Assembly: GCA_942491115.1 (NCBI GenBank)
Contig: CALNZV010000020.1
Span: 896,524-960,523 of the forward strand
DNA: 64,000 nucleotides
DNA from: an uncultured Desulfobacteraceae bacterium
GTDB lineage: Bacteria; Desulfobacterota; Desulfobacteria; Desulfobacterales; UBA5852
Direction: 5' to 3'
Of this stretch, positions 17,111-25,900 are shown one piece after another. The notes beneath the pieces were generated by a model. It was not told the origin of the DNA. It ran no database searches and saw only the letters and a list, made by a program, of their open reading frames with translations. A program made the translations under genes and the position numbers. The number at the start of each line of letters is the position of its first letter. Position 1 is the first letter of the stretch.

Positions 17111-18220
17111 ATGAGCGGCTGCTTCAATCAATTGATCGACTTTACAGTACCCCGCCAGGCCGTCGCCCAAGCGGTTGGTGACGGCCGTCTGCTGTCGATG
17201 GAAATCGAATTCAGTCTCAAATGCAATTTCAGCTGTCCCTACTGCTATGTCCCCCAACAGGAGGAGTTGAACGGCGAGTTGACGCCTGCGGAGCACCGGG
17301 ACGTCATCCTTCAAGCCAAAGCGATCGGTGCCGAACGGATCATCGTTCTTGGGGGCGAACCCAGCATCTATCCCAATATCGAGGACATGATCCGTTTTAT
17401 GGTCTCCCAGGGCCTGTCGGTGGAGCTGTTCACCAACGGAACCGGCATTAGCTCTACATTCGCGGAATTCCTTCACCGGCACCATGTCAGGGTTGTGCTC
17501 AAGATGAACACCTTCGACCCTGATCTTCAGGATCGGCTGTCGGGAAAAACCGGCGCCTATCACATCATACAAGCGGCTCTATCCCATCTGAAAAAGGCTG
17601 GATATCCCTCCAACGACGCTTTTTTGGCCGTTAGCTCCGTCATCTGCCGCCAGAACATCCCCGAATTGCCGCGGTTGTGGCGATGGCTTAGAGACCAGGG
17701 CATTGCGCCCTATTTCGAAATAATGACACCCCAGGAAAACGCTGCGAATAACCAGTGGCTCGCGGTCGAGTCCCAGGAGCTCTACCACCTGTTCGAGAAG
17801 CTGTCGGATATCGACCGAAGCGTCTACGGCAGATGGTGGGATCCCCAGCCCCCCCTGGTGGGAAACCGCTGCATGCGGCATTCCTTCTCCTGTCTGGTCA
17901 CCTCGAAAGGGGACGTGATGCCTTGCGTGGGGGTGACCCTCTCAGTGGGCAACGTCCGGGATACCCCTCTTGCCGACATCATCAAAAACAGCACCGTCCT
18001 CAACCAGTTGAAAAACCATCGGGAAACCATCAAAGGCGGGTGCGGAACCTGTGAAAGAGCCGACCGTTGCTATGGTTGCCGGGGAGCGGCGTATCAACTC
18101 ACCGGCGATTATCTGGCCTCCGACCCCCTGTGCTGGCGAAACAGCGGCTGTGGTGAAAACCCGTTGGGCATGGGCGACCCCAAATACCGGGAACGACAAC
18201 GACCGCCATCTAAATCTTGA
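17111..18220 (+). CDS. Radical SAM / SPASM-domain protein
   Basis: CNFSCPYC (CxxxCxxC) near the N-terminus, and a C-terminal Cys-rich SPASM-type region GGCGTCERADRCYGCRGAAY...DPLCW. ATG at 17111 has a GGAGG RBS. The ORF track opens at 17093. Confidence 0.85.
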   Translation: MSGCFNQLIDFTVPRQAVAQAVGDGRLLSMEIEFSLKCNFSCPYCYVPQQEELNGELTPAEHRDVILQAKAIGAERIIVLGGEPSIYPNIEDMIRFMVSQGLSVELFTNGTGISSTFAEFLHRHHVRVVLKMNTFDPDLQDRLSGKTGAYHIIQAALSHLKKAGYPSNDAFLAVSSVICRQNIPELPRLWRWLRDQGIAPYFEIMTPQENAANNQWLAVESQELYHLFEKLSDIDRSVYGRWWDPQPPLVGNRCMRHSFSCLVTSKGDVMPCVGVTLSVGNVRDTPLADIIKNSTVLNQLKNHRETIKGGCGTCERADRCYGCRGAAYQLTGDYLASDPLCWRNSGCGENPLGMGDPKYRERQRPPSKS

Positions 18221-19130
18221 TTCCCCCGTGGGGGCAGCCTTCCAACTTGAGGCATTGGCGGTCTCGACGACTCACCCCCTCCCCTCCCGTTTTCTCCAAA
18301 GGCAGATCGCCAGAGGGGGGCACCACCAAGGCCATGGTCCGACGGTCGATAAGCTCCGAGAGGGGAACAACGACCATCCCTTTCTTTCGGATCCCTGTCA
18401 ACAGGCCTTCGATCTCGGACAGCCAGCGGGGCAAGGATCGCCTGCCATTTGGCAACCCGTCGTGAAGAAGGACGATATCCCCAGGTCGAATCCTGCCAAG
18501 AATTTTTCGGCCCATCCCTTGGATGCGGCGGTTGCCGAAATCCATTCCACGCCGATTAAAGGTAACGACCGTTAGCCCCGCTCTCATGGCCGAATCCCCC
18601 ACCCGGGGGCCTAAAATCCCTGCAGGCGGCCTGAACACAAGGGGTCGAATCCCCAGTTCTTCGAGAACGGCCTGGGTGCATTCGATCTCACGATCAAGGG
18701 TGGCGGGGGTCCTGAAGGAAAACAACGGATCATGACTGTAAGAATGATTGCCGATCCCATGACCGGAACGAATGATGTCCCTGACCAGCCCTGGATGGGC
18801 CGCCGCCTTCTCTCCAGTGACGAAGAAGGTTGCCGGGATACCGTATGTGCCGAGCAGCTTCAAGAGTGGCGGGGTCGACAGGGGGTCGGGACCGTCGTCG
18901 ACGGTCAGGGCGACCGCCTTTTCCCCGGAAGTTCCCCGGCTGACGACGGGAAAGAAAAACCCTAGCCGGTGACAGAACGGGGCCATAAAGCAAATACCGA
19001 TAAAAAGACCGACAGGAATCGGCGCCAGCCGCCAGTTCCACAGCAACGTCAGGGCGGATGCGGAAAAACAGACCAGGGCGGTCCACCCTGCCATGGACAT
19101 GTGAAACCGTCTGGAGTGTTTGGGGCCCAT
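18210..19130 (-). CDS. Polysaccharide deacetylase (NodB homology domain), N-terminal TM anchors
   Basis: NodB motifs are LTVDDGPDP and HSYSHD. Two N-terminal hydrophobic helices. The 3' end overlaps the SPASM gene by 11 bp (convergent). Confidence 0.85.
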   Translation of the reverse strand: MGPKHSRRFHMSMAGWTALVCFSASALTLLWNWRLAPIPVGLFIGICFMAPFCHRLGFFFPVVSRGTSGEKAVALTVDDGPDPLSTPPLLKLLGTYGIPATFFVTGEKAAAHPGLVRDIIRSGHGIGNHSYSHDPLFSFRTPATLDREIECTQAVLEELGIRPLVFRPPAGILGPRVGDSAMRAGLTVVTFNRRGMDFGNRRIQGMGRKILGRIRPGDIVLLHDGLPNGRRSLPRWLSEIEGLLTGIRKKGMVVVPLSELIDRRTMALVVPPSGDLPLEKTGGEGVSRRDRQCLKLEGCPHGGIKI

Positions 19131-19162
19131 GTCTATTTATCCAAAGCGTCCGAGAACGTTGT

Positions 19163-20188
19163 TCAGGGGGCCGCTGCTTCAAACGCCGACCAGATCATCT
19201 CCGCCGCGTCGAAGCCCTTGAGGGAATGACCCTCTTCGAGCCCATCGGTAAAAAAGGGGCCTGGCCATACATGGCCCCACCCATCGATCGTATAGAGTAA
19301 AACCGCCGCCCCGCTCCGGCAGTCGCTCCATCGCTTCAGCTGAACGGCGCCGGAAAACAGTTGAGTGGTCAGGGGTGACGGTCTGCAGCCGTTCCGAATC
19401 CGCCAGGTGCGGACGGATTCTTCGACGCTCCAGTAAATCCGGGGTGTCCCCCTCCTCTGGCTGGGACTTCCGGAGTAGGGCACGTCCGTATCGTTCCTCC
19501 CGTGAATGATGACGAAGGGCACCGGGGCCACCGGTTCCGGAGGTGCGGGCGGGTGGTCCTCCCCGGCCACCGTACTGAAGACGGATGCGGCAAGGGCGGC
19601 GGCACCGGCTAACAACTCCCCTCGTTCTGCGGCGAAACGGTAAGTGAACATTCCACCGTTGGAGAACCCGACCATGTATATTTGTTGAGGGTTCACGGGG
19701 AATCGATCCACCACCTCCTGAATGGCGGCGGCCACGAAACCAACATCGTCGATATCGTCGTGGGCCGCCTTACCGCAACAGTGACCGGCATTCCAATGCT
19801 GAAGCAACCCGAGAATGCCGATCCCGTTGGGGTAGAGGACGATAAGTCCTTCTCTGTCGGCAAGGTCACTGAAACCCGTATACCGCTCCATCCCAGCGGC
19901 CGTATCAAACGCGCCATGAACAACGACGATCAGGGGGAGATCACCACGATCGGCGGCAGCGGGCGGCAGGTGCACATGGTAGGTGCGTCGAAATGTCCCT
20001 GTCACCCTGTCCGTCACGACCAGGTAGGTTCCGGAGGAATTCACGTCGCCCGAGGGCATCATCGGCACGCAACCGGCGGTCATGAGCACCGAAAGCCATA
20101 AAACGGCCGCCGGAGGCCATCGCCTCCCTTGGCTCAGGGCATGATTACCGTGCCGGCCGATGGCGTTCCTCACTGGTTCCTGAGGCAT
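19163..20188 (-). CDS. Alpha/beta hydrolase, PHB-depolymerase/LpqC-family esterase, lipoprotein
   Basis: Lipobox LMTAGC. Family blocks are VVVHG...LYPNG...WNAGHCCG, with nucleophile elbow GFSNGG. Confidence 0.8.
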   Translation of the reverse strand: MPQEPVRNAIGRHGNHALSQGRRWPPAAVLWLSVLMTAGCVPMMPSGDVNSSGTYLVVTDRVTGTFRRTYHVHLPPAAADRGDLPLIVVVHGAFDTAAGMERYTGFSDLADREGLIVLYPNGIGILGLLQHWNAGHCCGKAAHDDIDDVGFVAAAIQEVVDRFPVNPQQIYMVGFSNGGMFTYRFAAERGELLAGAAALAASVFSTVAGEDHPPAPPEPVAPVPFVIIHGRNDTDVPYSGSPSQRRGTPRIYWSVEESVRTWRIRNGCRPSPLTTQLFSGAVQLKRWSDCRSGAAVLLYTIDGWGHVWPGPFFTDGLEEGHSLKGFDAAEMIWSAFEAAAP

Positions 20189-23100
20189 CCAGGTTGCGGC
20201 CGGCCACCACCCACACCAATTCTCTGGGGGAACCGGACGGCTGAACGACTGTCACATTGAATCCATGGCGCCTCATCCTCTCGATCATCTCCTCCGGACG
20301 GCGATGGTGGAGCCCGATGCCGACGACCCGTGCCTTGAGATCTTCGATCCACCATGACCAGGGAAAGCGTCGGATAGGGGGCGTCACCACCCGCATCACC
20401 AGAACACCGGTAGACTTCAATCTGCGGCCCACCGCCTCCAATGTCAAATCGAGATTCATATCCGTCAGGTAATGGGTCATGTCCAGCATGAAGACCCCGT
20501 CGGCGGCCTCCGGCGGCTGGGGCACCTCAGGAGCCGCACCCTGGCGGATCTCCCCCCGCAATCCCAGAGCCCTCGAGGCCACACGGACGCGATCCGCCAA
20601 CGGTTCGATACCGAACACCCTGGCGTCGGGGAAGCGGGTCAGCAGCCAGGACGCCGGCACGCCGTATCCGGTGCCAATGTCGATGATGGTTTTCATGGGA
20701 TAAGCGGTCTCCAGGAGGTGATCCAACTCCTCGAACATGGGGTCCAGGCGCAGCTTGAAACGGGCGAAGAGCCGGGGATAGGCTTCCATGTTTCGGTACC
20801 GGTATCGGACGCTCGCCCCAATGGTTGACGGCGGGGGCGGACGGTCTACGAAGCGGCGATCCAAAATGGGCGGCAATATGAAAAACGCCCCTGTGAGCGC
20901 GTAGGCAATGGCCAGAAATGAGGTGATGCCGGCGGATTTGAGGAGAGCGTGTTCGGCCGTCAACAGGACGCCGAACCCGATTAGGGTCGAGGCCGAAGCC
21001 ATGAACACCGCCATTCGAATGAGGGTGAAATGCTCATGACTTCGGTTCTGATAACGCTGGTAGGATCGAACCCAGAACAGGGAGTAATCGATCCCCAGCC
21101 CGAGGACGATGATGGCCAGCATCAGGGAGGGGATGTCCAGGGGCCGGCCTATCAATCCGAGCGTACCCAGAGTGCAGACAAAGGAGAAGGCGATGGGCAG
21201 CAGGGATACCAGGGTCAACCGCCAGTCCACGAAAAAGAAAAAGAGGAGTACCACAACGCTGATGCCAAGGATGACGAGCATCCGAGAGAAGGTGTCAAAG
21301 AGAAGACGGCCCATTTGCTCTGAAAACAACAGTGGATCGAAGATTTTTGCTGTTTCAGCCAGGGATTCCCGAAATGCGTCGCCAGAATATCCGGGTCCGG
21401 TGCCCATTCCCGTGAACTGACGCCACTTGCCCGATTCCAGATCTCTGACGATCCCCATGAGATCGAGGGTTTCAGAAGGAATTCCGACCGTATCGTCACC
21501 GCTTCCCCTCACTGACAGCGTTTCCAAAAACGGCAAAAAGGCATCGGATGAAAAGCCGAATCGATCGCCAGCGCGATTCAGCTCGAGGCGAAGACCCCTC
21601 ACCCGTTGGGGGCTCCAGAATGCCGTCCAGGCGGACAGATTTGCCTCCCGACGTCCGGCACCGGGAAAGATATCGGAGGACAGAAAGCCAGACGTCACCC
21701 AGCCCTCAGCCCTGGCGGCTTCGACGATATCGAGAAGTCGGTCGTTTTTTTCCTGGAGGGCCGGGAGGGTGTCGGCCTCGGTCATGATAAATACCCGGTT
21801 GAACATGTCCCCCCACACCTCGGTGATGAGTTGATCGGCGGCCATGGTGGCATCGGTCACCGTCCCCATGGCCTTGAGATCCACGAGGAACCGGGGCCGC
21901 ATCCAAAATGCGAGGAGCACGGCGAGACCGAGACAGAGCCAGGCGCCGGTGTCTCCAGCACCCGCCAGCCGGTCCACCCACCCCCTCAAGGGCAGGATTC
22001 GCGCTTTGGGGGTCGGGGGCATCCGGGGGAGCATCAGGGGAAATACGGCGTGCACGAACAGAAAGGAAAACCCGATTCCCATGGCGGTGAACCATCCCAG
22101 TTGCTCGAAAACAGGGAAACCGCTGAAGCCCAGAACAGCGAATGCCCCCATGGACGTCAGCGCCGCCAGGAGTCCGACGGCCCACACTTCCCGGGAGGCG
22201 CCTCTGCCGTCACCACCCTGGGGCTGGTCCAGAAAGAGCAGATAGGCAATGCCGTGGTCGACCGTGATGGAGACAATGGCCCCGCCGAACCCAAGGGCCA
22301 TAATGGACAACGACTCCGTAAACAGGGAGGTGACAAAAAGGGCAGCGACGGTCCCGACGACGGCCGGCAGCAGGGCCAATAGCCCCAGCCAGGGTCGGGG
22401 AAAGGCCGCGATCAGCATGACAGCGATTCCCAGGGTGGCAAGAATCAGAGCGTTGCGCACGTCCTTTCGAACGATGGTTTCATTGTCGAGGGCGGCTCTG
22501 AATGCCCCCACCGGCGTCAGCGTGACATCGCTCCCGCCGATATCTCCGTCAGTGATCACCTGTTTTTCAACCGACGCCATGAGGCGATCGAGATTCCGGG
22601 CATCGGCCGTATTCGTTCCCGATCCAACGGGTCGGGCCACCACCAGCAGATGCCGGCTGTCTCCGGACAACAGTTTGCCCCTGTAGATGCGGGCGTCCTG
22701 GGTGGGCGCCAGATCGATAAGGCCCGACATCTTGAGCTCTCTCAGCCCCAATGGGTCTTTCGCAATCATTCCGGCTTGTCCGATCCCATCAAGGCGGGTC
22801 AACTGATCGTGAATGAGGCGGACCCTGTCATGGATGGCCCTAGTGCGGATCAGGGGCTGAACCTGGGCTTCAAGGGTCTTCTCGCTGAACAGGTAGGGTA
22901 GATGCGTGACGATTCGACCAACCAGATCCGGCAACCCCTTCTGAAAAGCGTCGACCCCGACGCTGGCGAAAAGCCCGCTTTCCTGAAAGCGTTTTTCCAC
23001 GGCGTCCCCGAGACTCACGAGTCGCTCAGGGTCCGGGGCGGGCAGCCCGATATCGACGGCGATCTGATCCTGGATGGGGTGATGCTTGAAAATATCCACC

Positions 23101-23270
23101 GCGTCGGAGACGGCACCGCCGTCGTCAGGCAAGGCGCTGACGACATCCGTATCCACATGAAGGCGGGTGAGGGAAAATCCCAACATTGCCGCCGTTATCA
23201 AAAGGACCGCTATAAGGAGGATCCAATTGACGGAACTGAGTTCCGTCACTTCCGGTGTCGTGCGATTCAA
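20145..23270 (-). CDS. MMPL/RND-type exporter fused to a C-terminal class I SAM methyltransferase
   Basis: 1041 aa. The first ~800 aa are two 6-TM bundles with large loops, as in APE-cluster MMPL exporters. The last ~230 aa (about 20148-20840) carry methyltransferase motif I IIDIGTGYGVPASW. Confidence 0.85.
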   Translation of the reverse strand: MNRTTPEVTELSSVNWILLIAVLLITAAMLGFSLTRLHVDTDVVSALPDDGGAVSDAVDIFKHHPIQDQIAVDIGLPAPDPERLVSLGDAVEKRFQESGLFASVGVDAFQKGLPDLVGRIVTHLPYLFSEKTLEAQVQPLIRTRAIHDRVRLIHDQLTRLDGIGQAGMIAKDPLGLRELKMSGLIDLAPTQDARIYRGKLLSGDSRHLLVVARPVGSGTNTADARNLDRLMASVEKQVITDGDIGGSDVTLTPVGAFRAALDNETIVRKDVRNALILATLGIAVMLIAAFPRPWLGLLALLPAVVGTVAALFVTSLFTESLSIMALGFGGAIVSITVDHGIAYLLFLDQPQGGDGRGASREVWAVGLLAALTSMGAFAVLGFSGFPVFEQLGWFTAMGIGFSFLFVHAVFPLMLPRMPPTPKARILPLRGWVDRLAGAGDTGAWLCLGLAVLLAFWMRPRFLVDLKAMGTVTDATMAADQLITEVWGDMFNRVFIMTEADTLPALQEKNDRLLDIVEAARAEGWVTSGFLSSDIFPGAGRREANLSAWTAFWSPQRVRGLRLELNRAGDRFGFSSDAFLPFLETLSVRGSGDDTVGIPSETLDLMGIVRDLESGKWRQFTGMGTGPGYSGDAFRESLAETAKIFDPLLFSEQMGRLLFDTFSRMLVILGISVVVLLFFFFVDWRLTLVSLLPIAFSFVCTLGTLGLIGRPLDIPSLMLAIIVLGLGIDYSLFWVRSYQRYQNRSHEHFTLIRMAVFMASASTLIGFGVLLTAEHALLKSAGITSFLAIAYALTGAFFILPPILDRRFVDRPPPPSTIGASVRYRYRNMEAYPRLFARFKLRLDPMFEELDHLLETAYPMKTIIDIGTGYGVPASWLLTRFPDARVFGIEPLADRVRVASRALGLRGEIRQGAAPEVPQPPEAADGVFMLDMTHYLTDMNLDLTLEAVGRRLKSTGVLVMRVVTPPIRRFPWSWWIEDLKARVVGIGLHHRRPEEMIERMRRHGFNVTVVQPSGSPRELVWVVAGRNLDASGTSEERHRPAR

Positions 23271-23983
23271 AGCAGCAGTGCCCCCAAGGTCAGGGCCCCC
23301 AGCAGATGCAGCATGAGCACCACCCGCCGGTGACGGTGATAGCGTTCATTCACCTTTTGAATGATGAGAAGCCCCCCGAATAGTCGCCGCACCCGCTCAA
23401 GGGTGCGGTGGCGCCGGTTGTCCGAGGGGGAATTGCTCTGAAAGGCGATGGCCGGGTAAATCACGTAGGGGGTAACGTCGAGCCCGGCGAGCATGGCATC
23501 GAAGGGTAAACCGTCCCAGGGCTTGTGAACCAGGGTCTGGGCGAATTCCCGGCTCACCCCGTAGCCGTGAGCGAGGCACCGATACCGGGCGCTGCGAACC
23601 CCAGCGCAAGGGGTCTGGTGACTGCCTGAAACCAAGCACCCCAGAAACAGCAGATTCCACTGGGGTAGTGCAGATAGATACTGGGTGCAGGCGGCCAGCC
23701 GTCGTGGGCAGAACTGGTCAAAGACGATGTCGTCCTCGAAGACCACCATGCGTCTGGCACCGGATCCCAGCCCCTTCCGTAGACAGGTCATGTGGGAGTC
23801 GTAGATGCCTGCCTCGCTCCCCTCCGGATGTCTGTCGACAATTAAAAATTCCACCCTGTCTGATAGACCGACCCTGACAAACTGATGCCGGGCGCTTTGC
23901 CGTCGGTCTTCCCGTTCGGCCAAGGAAATGCAATAGAACCGATCGAAAAAGTCCCAGCCGCTGGCATCTGTTCGAGTGGCCAT
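23267..23983 (-). CDS. Glycosyltransferase family 25-like protein with a C-terminal TM helix
   Basis: The pattern FDRFYCISL.ERE.DRR...F...G....VEF...D......G...SH...L......VFEDDIVF resembles GT25 LPS glycosyltransferases. Its stop overlaps the MMPL start. Confidence 0.55.
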   Translation of the reverse strand: MATRTDASGWDFFDRFYCISLAEREDRRQSARHQFVRVGLSDRVEFLIVDRHPEGSEAGIYDSHMTCLRKGLGSGARRMVVFEDDIVFDQFCPRRLAACTQYLSALPQWNLLFLGCLVSGSHQTPCAGVRSARYRCLAHGYGVSREFAQTLVHKPWDGLPFDAMLAGLDVTPYVIYPAIAFQSNSPSDNRRHRTLERVRRLFGGLLIIQKVNERYHRHRRVVLMLHLLGALTLGALLL

Positions 23984-24072
23984 AATCGCCTTCTTGCCCG
24001 AAAAGACTCGGAAGCATCTCCCTTGCGGGGCGGGTTCCGGTTGACGGGGCCCCGATCTGCCCCTATAGGGGG

Positions 24073-24534
24073 ATGATGCCTCTATGGTTGAAAAAGATGG
24101 CCGAACGCGCCGCTCGCATCCCCTTCGTCCGGTCGGCGGTGGAAGACAAGGCCGACCTCAGCGCGTTCAAGCAGCCCCCCACCCTGCGCATTCTGACCGG
24201 GGTGGGTGCAATCATTCTCAGCTACATCATCGGGTGGCCCCTGATCAGCCTCTTGGGGGCCGTTTCGGTCTACACCAGGGAACCCCTGATCGTCGGGATC
24301 GGAGGTCCCCTTGCCTACGGGCTGTCTCATCTGGTATTTCTCTTAGGCATGGCCCTTGCCGGGGCTGAATACTCCTATATTTTCCTGAGATGGGCCGTCA
24401 GAAAGGCCGTCATGGCGTTCCTGGAGACCCCAATACCCCGCCACAATGGATCGGCCGGATCCGAGCCAGGCCCCCCTGGCAATATCCCCCCGGGTGACGA
24501 CAGTGTCGACAGCCGGCATGACACCGCTCCATGA
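24073..24534 (+). CDS. Hypothetical small membrane protein (3 predicted TM helices)
   Basis: 153 aa with hydrophobic segments GVGAIILSYIIGWPLISLLGAV, LIVGIGGPLAYGLSHLVFLLGMALAG. It is the only plus-strand ORF with a plausible composition between two minus-strand operons. Confidence 0.5.
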   Translation: MMPLWLKKMAERAARIPFVRSAVEDKADLSAFKQPPTLRILTGVGAIILSYIIGWPLISLLGAVSVYTREPLIVGIGGPLAYGLSHLVFLLGMALAGAEYSYIFLRWAVRKAVMAFLETPIPRHNGSAGSEPGPPGNIPPGDDSVDSRHDTAP

Positions 24535-24575
24535 TGCCGACAAACCGGCGGAACTCGCCAATGGCAGGGGGCTCA

Positions 24576-25439
24576 TCAGGGGGCGCGGACCATCCCCGAT
24601 GGCGGCGTCAGTCTACCGCCGCTCACATCCCGCATGGACAGTCCGGCGACGGTCTCTCTCAGCCGACCCCACCCATCCAGAATCCACAAATCGACGGTGA
24701 AACCGGTAGAATCAATCTCCCTGGGCTTGACGCAACAGTCATAGACCAAGCCCCCTTGCAGGGGGGCATTCACTACACGCCAGTCGATAGCCACCGGAAA
24801 ACCGACGATTCCCGCATACCGTTGCCCCCACACACACGCGACATGAAAAGCGGTGTCCAGGGGAAATCCCTTGCCCAGCAGTCGAACGGTTCTGTCTCCG
24901 GAGACCTCAGGGCTGAGAAGGCGGGCCCCCGCTCCCTCGGAAGATAGCGACACCGGTGATCCCAGGTTCCGGTAGGCGGGCCCGAAGGGCACGAAGTCTC
25001 TGTATATCGTTTCCGGACTTATGGACTCCTCGGTCCGGAGGGCGGCGGGGTCGACAGGCGGTATCGAAGGCGGTGGGGATTCCCTTGAAAACACTGCCCG
25101 TGCATGGGTTTTGGTGCGGGTGATGGCGGCCCCCGGAGCCCGAGAACGGGTGACAAGAGCGGCACCCAACGCACCGCTTTCCAGGACCTCCAGATCGACA
25201 TACGCACCGATCCGGGGGCTGTGGTGATCGAGGTAAAGGAACTTCTCAAAGCGAATCGCCCTCATGACCGTTACCGGGCGGTCCGGATCATGGGATCGAA
25301 CGCCTCGCGCGAGCACTTCCATGGCGTCCACAGCCGGAAGGACCGCCCTGCCCAACAGATGATGGTCGCCGGCATAGTCAGGGATGCCGAAGGTCGCGGG
25401 AAGCCGCTCCCTCCGGCCTAGATCGGGAATATGTCCCAT
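24576..25439 (-). CDS. Free-standing polyketide-synthase-type dehydratase (double hotdog, PS-DH)
   Basis: The N-terminal half has HHLLGRAVLP (HxxxGxxxxP) and the C-terminal half has DTAFH (DxxxH/Q). ATG at 25439 (MGHIPDL...). Confidence 0.75.
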   Translation of the reverse strand: MGHIPDLGRRERLPATFGIPDYAGDHHLLGRAVLPAVDAMEVLARGVRSHDPDRPVTVMRAIRFEKFLYLDHHSPRIGAYVDLEVLESGALGAALVTRSRAPGAAITRTKTHARAVFSRESPPPSIPPVDPAALRTEESISPETIYRDFVPFGPAYRNLGSPVSLSSEGAGARLLSPEVSGDRTVRLLGKGFPLDTAFHVACVWGQRYAGIVGFPVAIDWRVVNAPLQGGLVYDCCVKPREIDSTGFTVDLWILDGWGRLRETVAGLSMRDVSGGRLTPPSGMVRAP

Positions 25440-25897
25440 AGCTGCACCGTCTTCTGGTCCACTTCTACCGGGATGCCGGAGGCATTGACCGCGCAGTGGC
25501 GGGTGAATCCCCGACACACGATATCGGTACCGTCGGTTCGGGTGATGACGTAGTCGAACTGTAGCCGAACCCGCTCCATGGGACCCGGTCGGGTATGAAT
25601 GTACATGGCGTCATCGTAGTGGAGGGGCAGATAATAGTCGATGTCCACCTTGATGATGGGGTACACATACCCGCTTTCCTCGATCTCGCGGTAAGGGTAG
25701 GCCGCATCCCTCATCAAAGACGCCCGTCCGTATTCAAAATACCGCAGATAGTTGGCATGATACACCACCTGACTCCTATCAGTGTCGGCATACAGGGTCC
25801 GCAGGTCGCATCGATGCCACACCCGGCCGCTGATCGTCTCCCGCACGTAGCAAGGATGGCTGTTCAGGGGGTCGGTGACAAACGGTTTGGGTTTCAC
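25418..25897 (-). CDS. Acyl-CoA/ACP thioesterase, YbgC/4HBT hotdog family
   Basis: Motifs are DTDRSQVVYHANYLRYFEYGR and the YbgC-like core. GTG start with a GAGGAG RBS, 4 nt after the KS stop. Confidence 0.85.
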   Translation of the reverse strand: MKPKPFVTDPLNSHPCYVRETISGRVWHRCDLRTLYADTDRSQVVYHANYLRYFEYGRASLMRDAAYPYREIEESGYVYPIIKVDIDYYLPLHYDDAMYIHTRPGPMERVRLQFDYVITRTDGTDIVCRGFTRHCAVNASGIPVEVDQKTVQLWDIFPI

Positions 25898-25900
25898 ACG

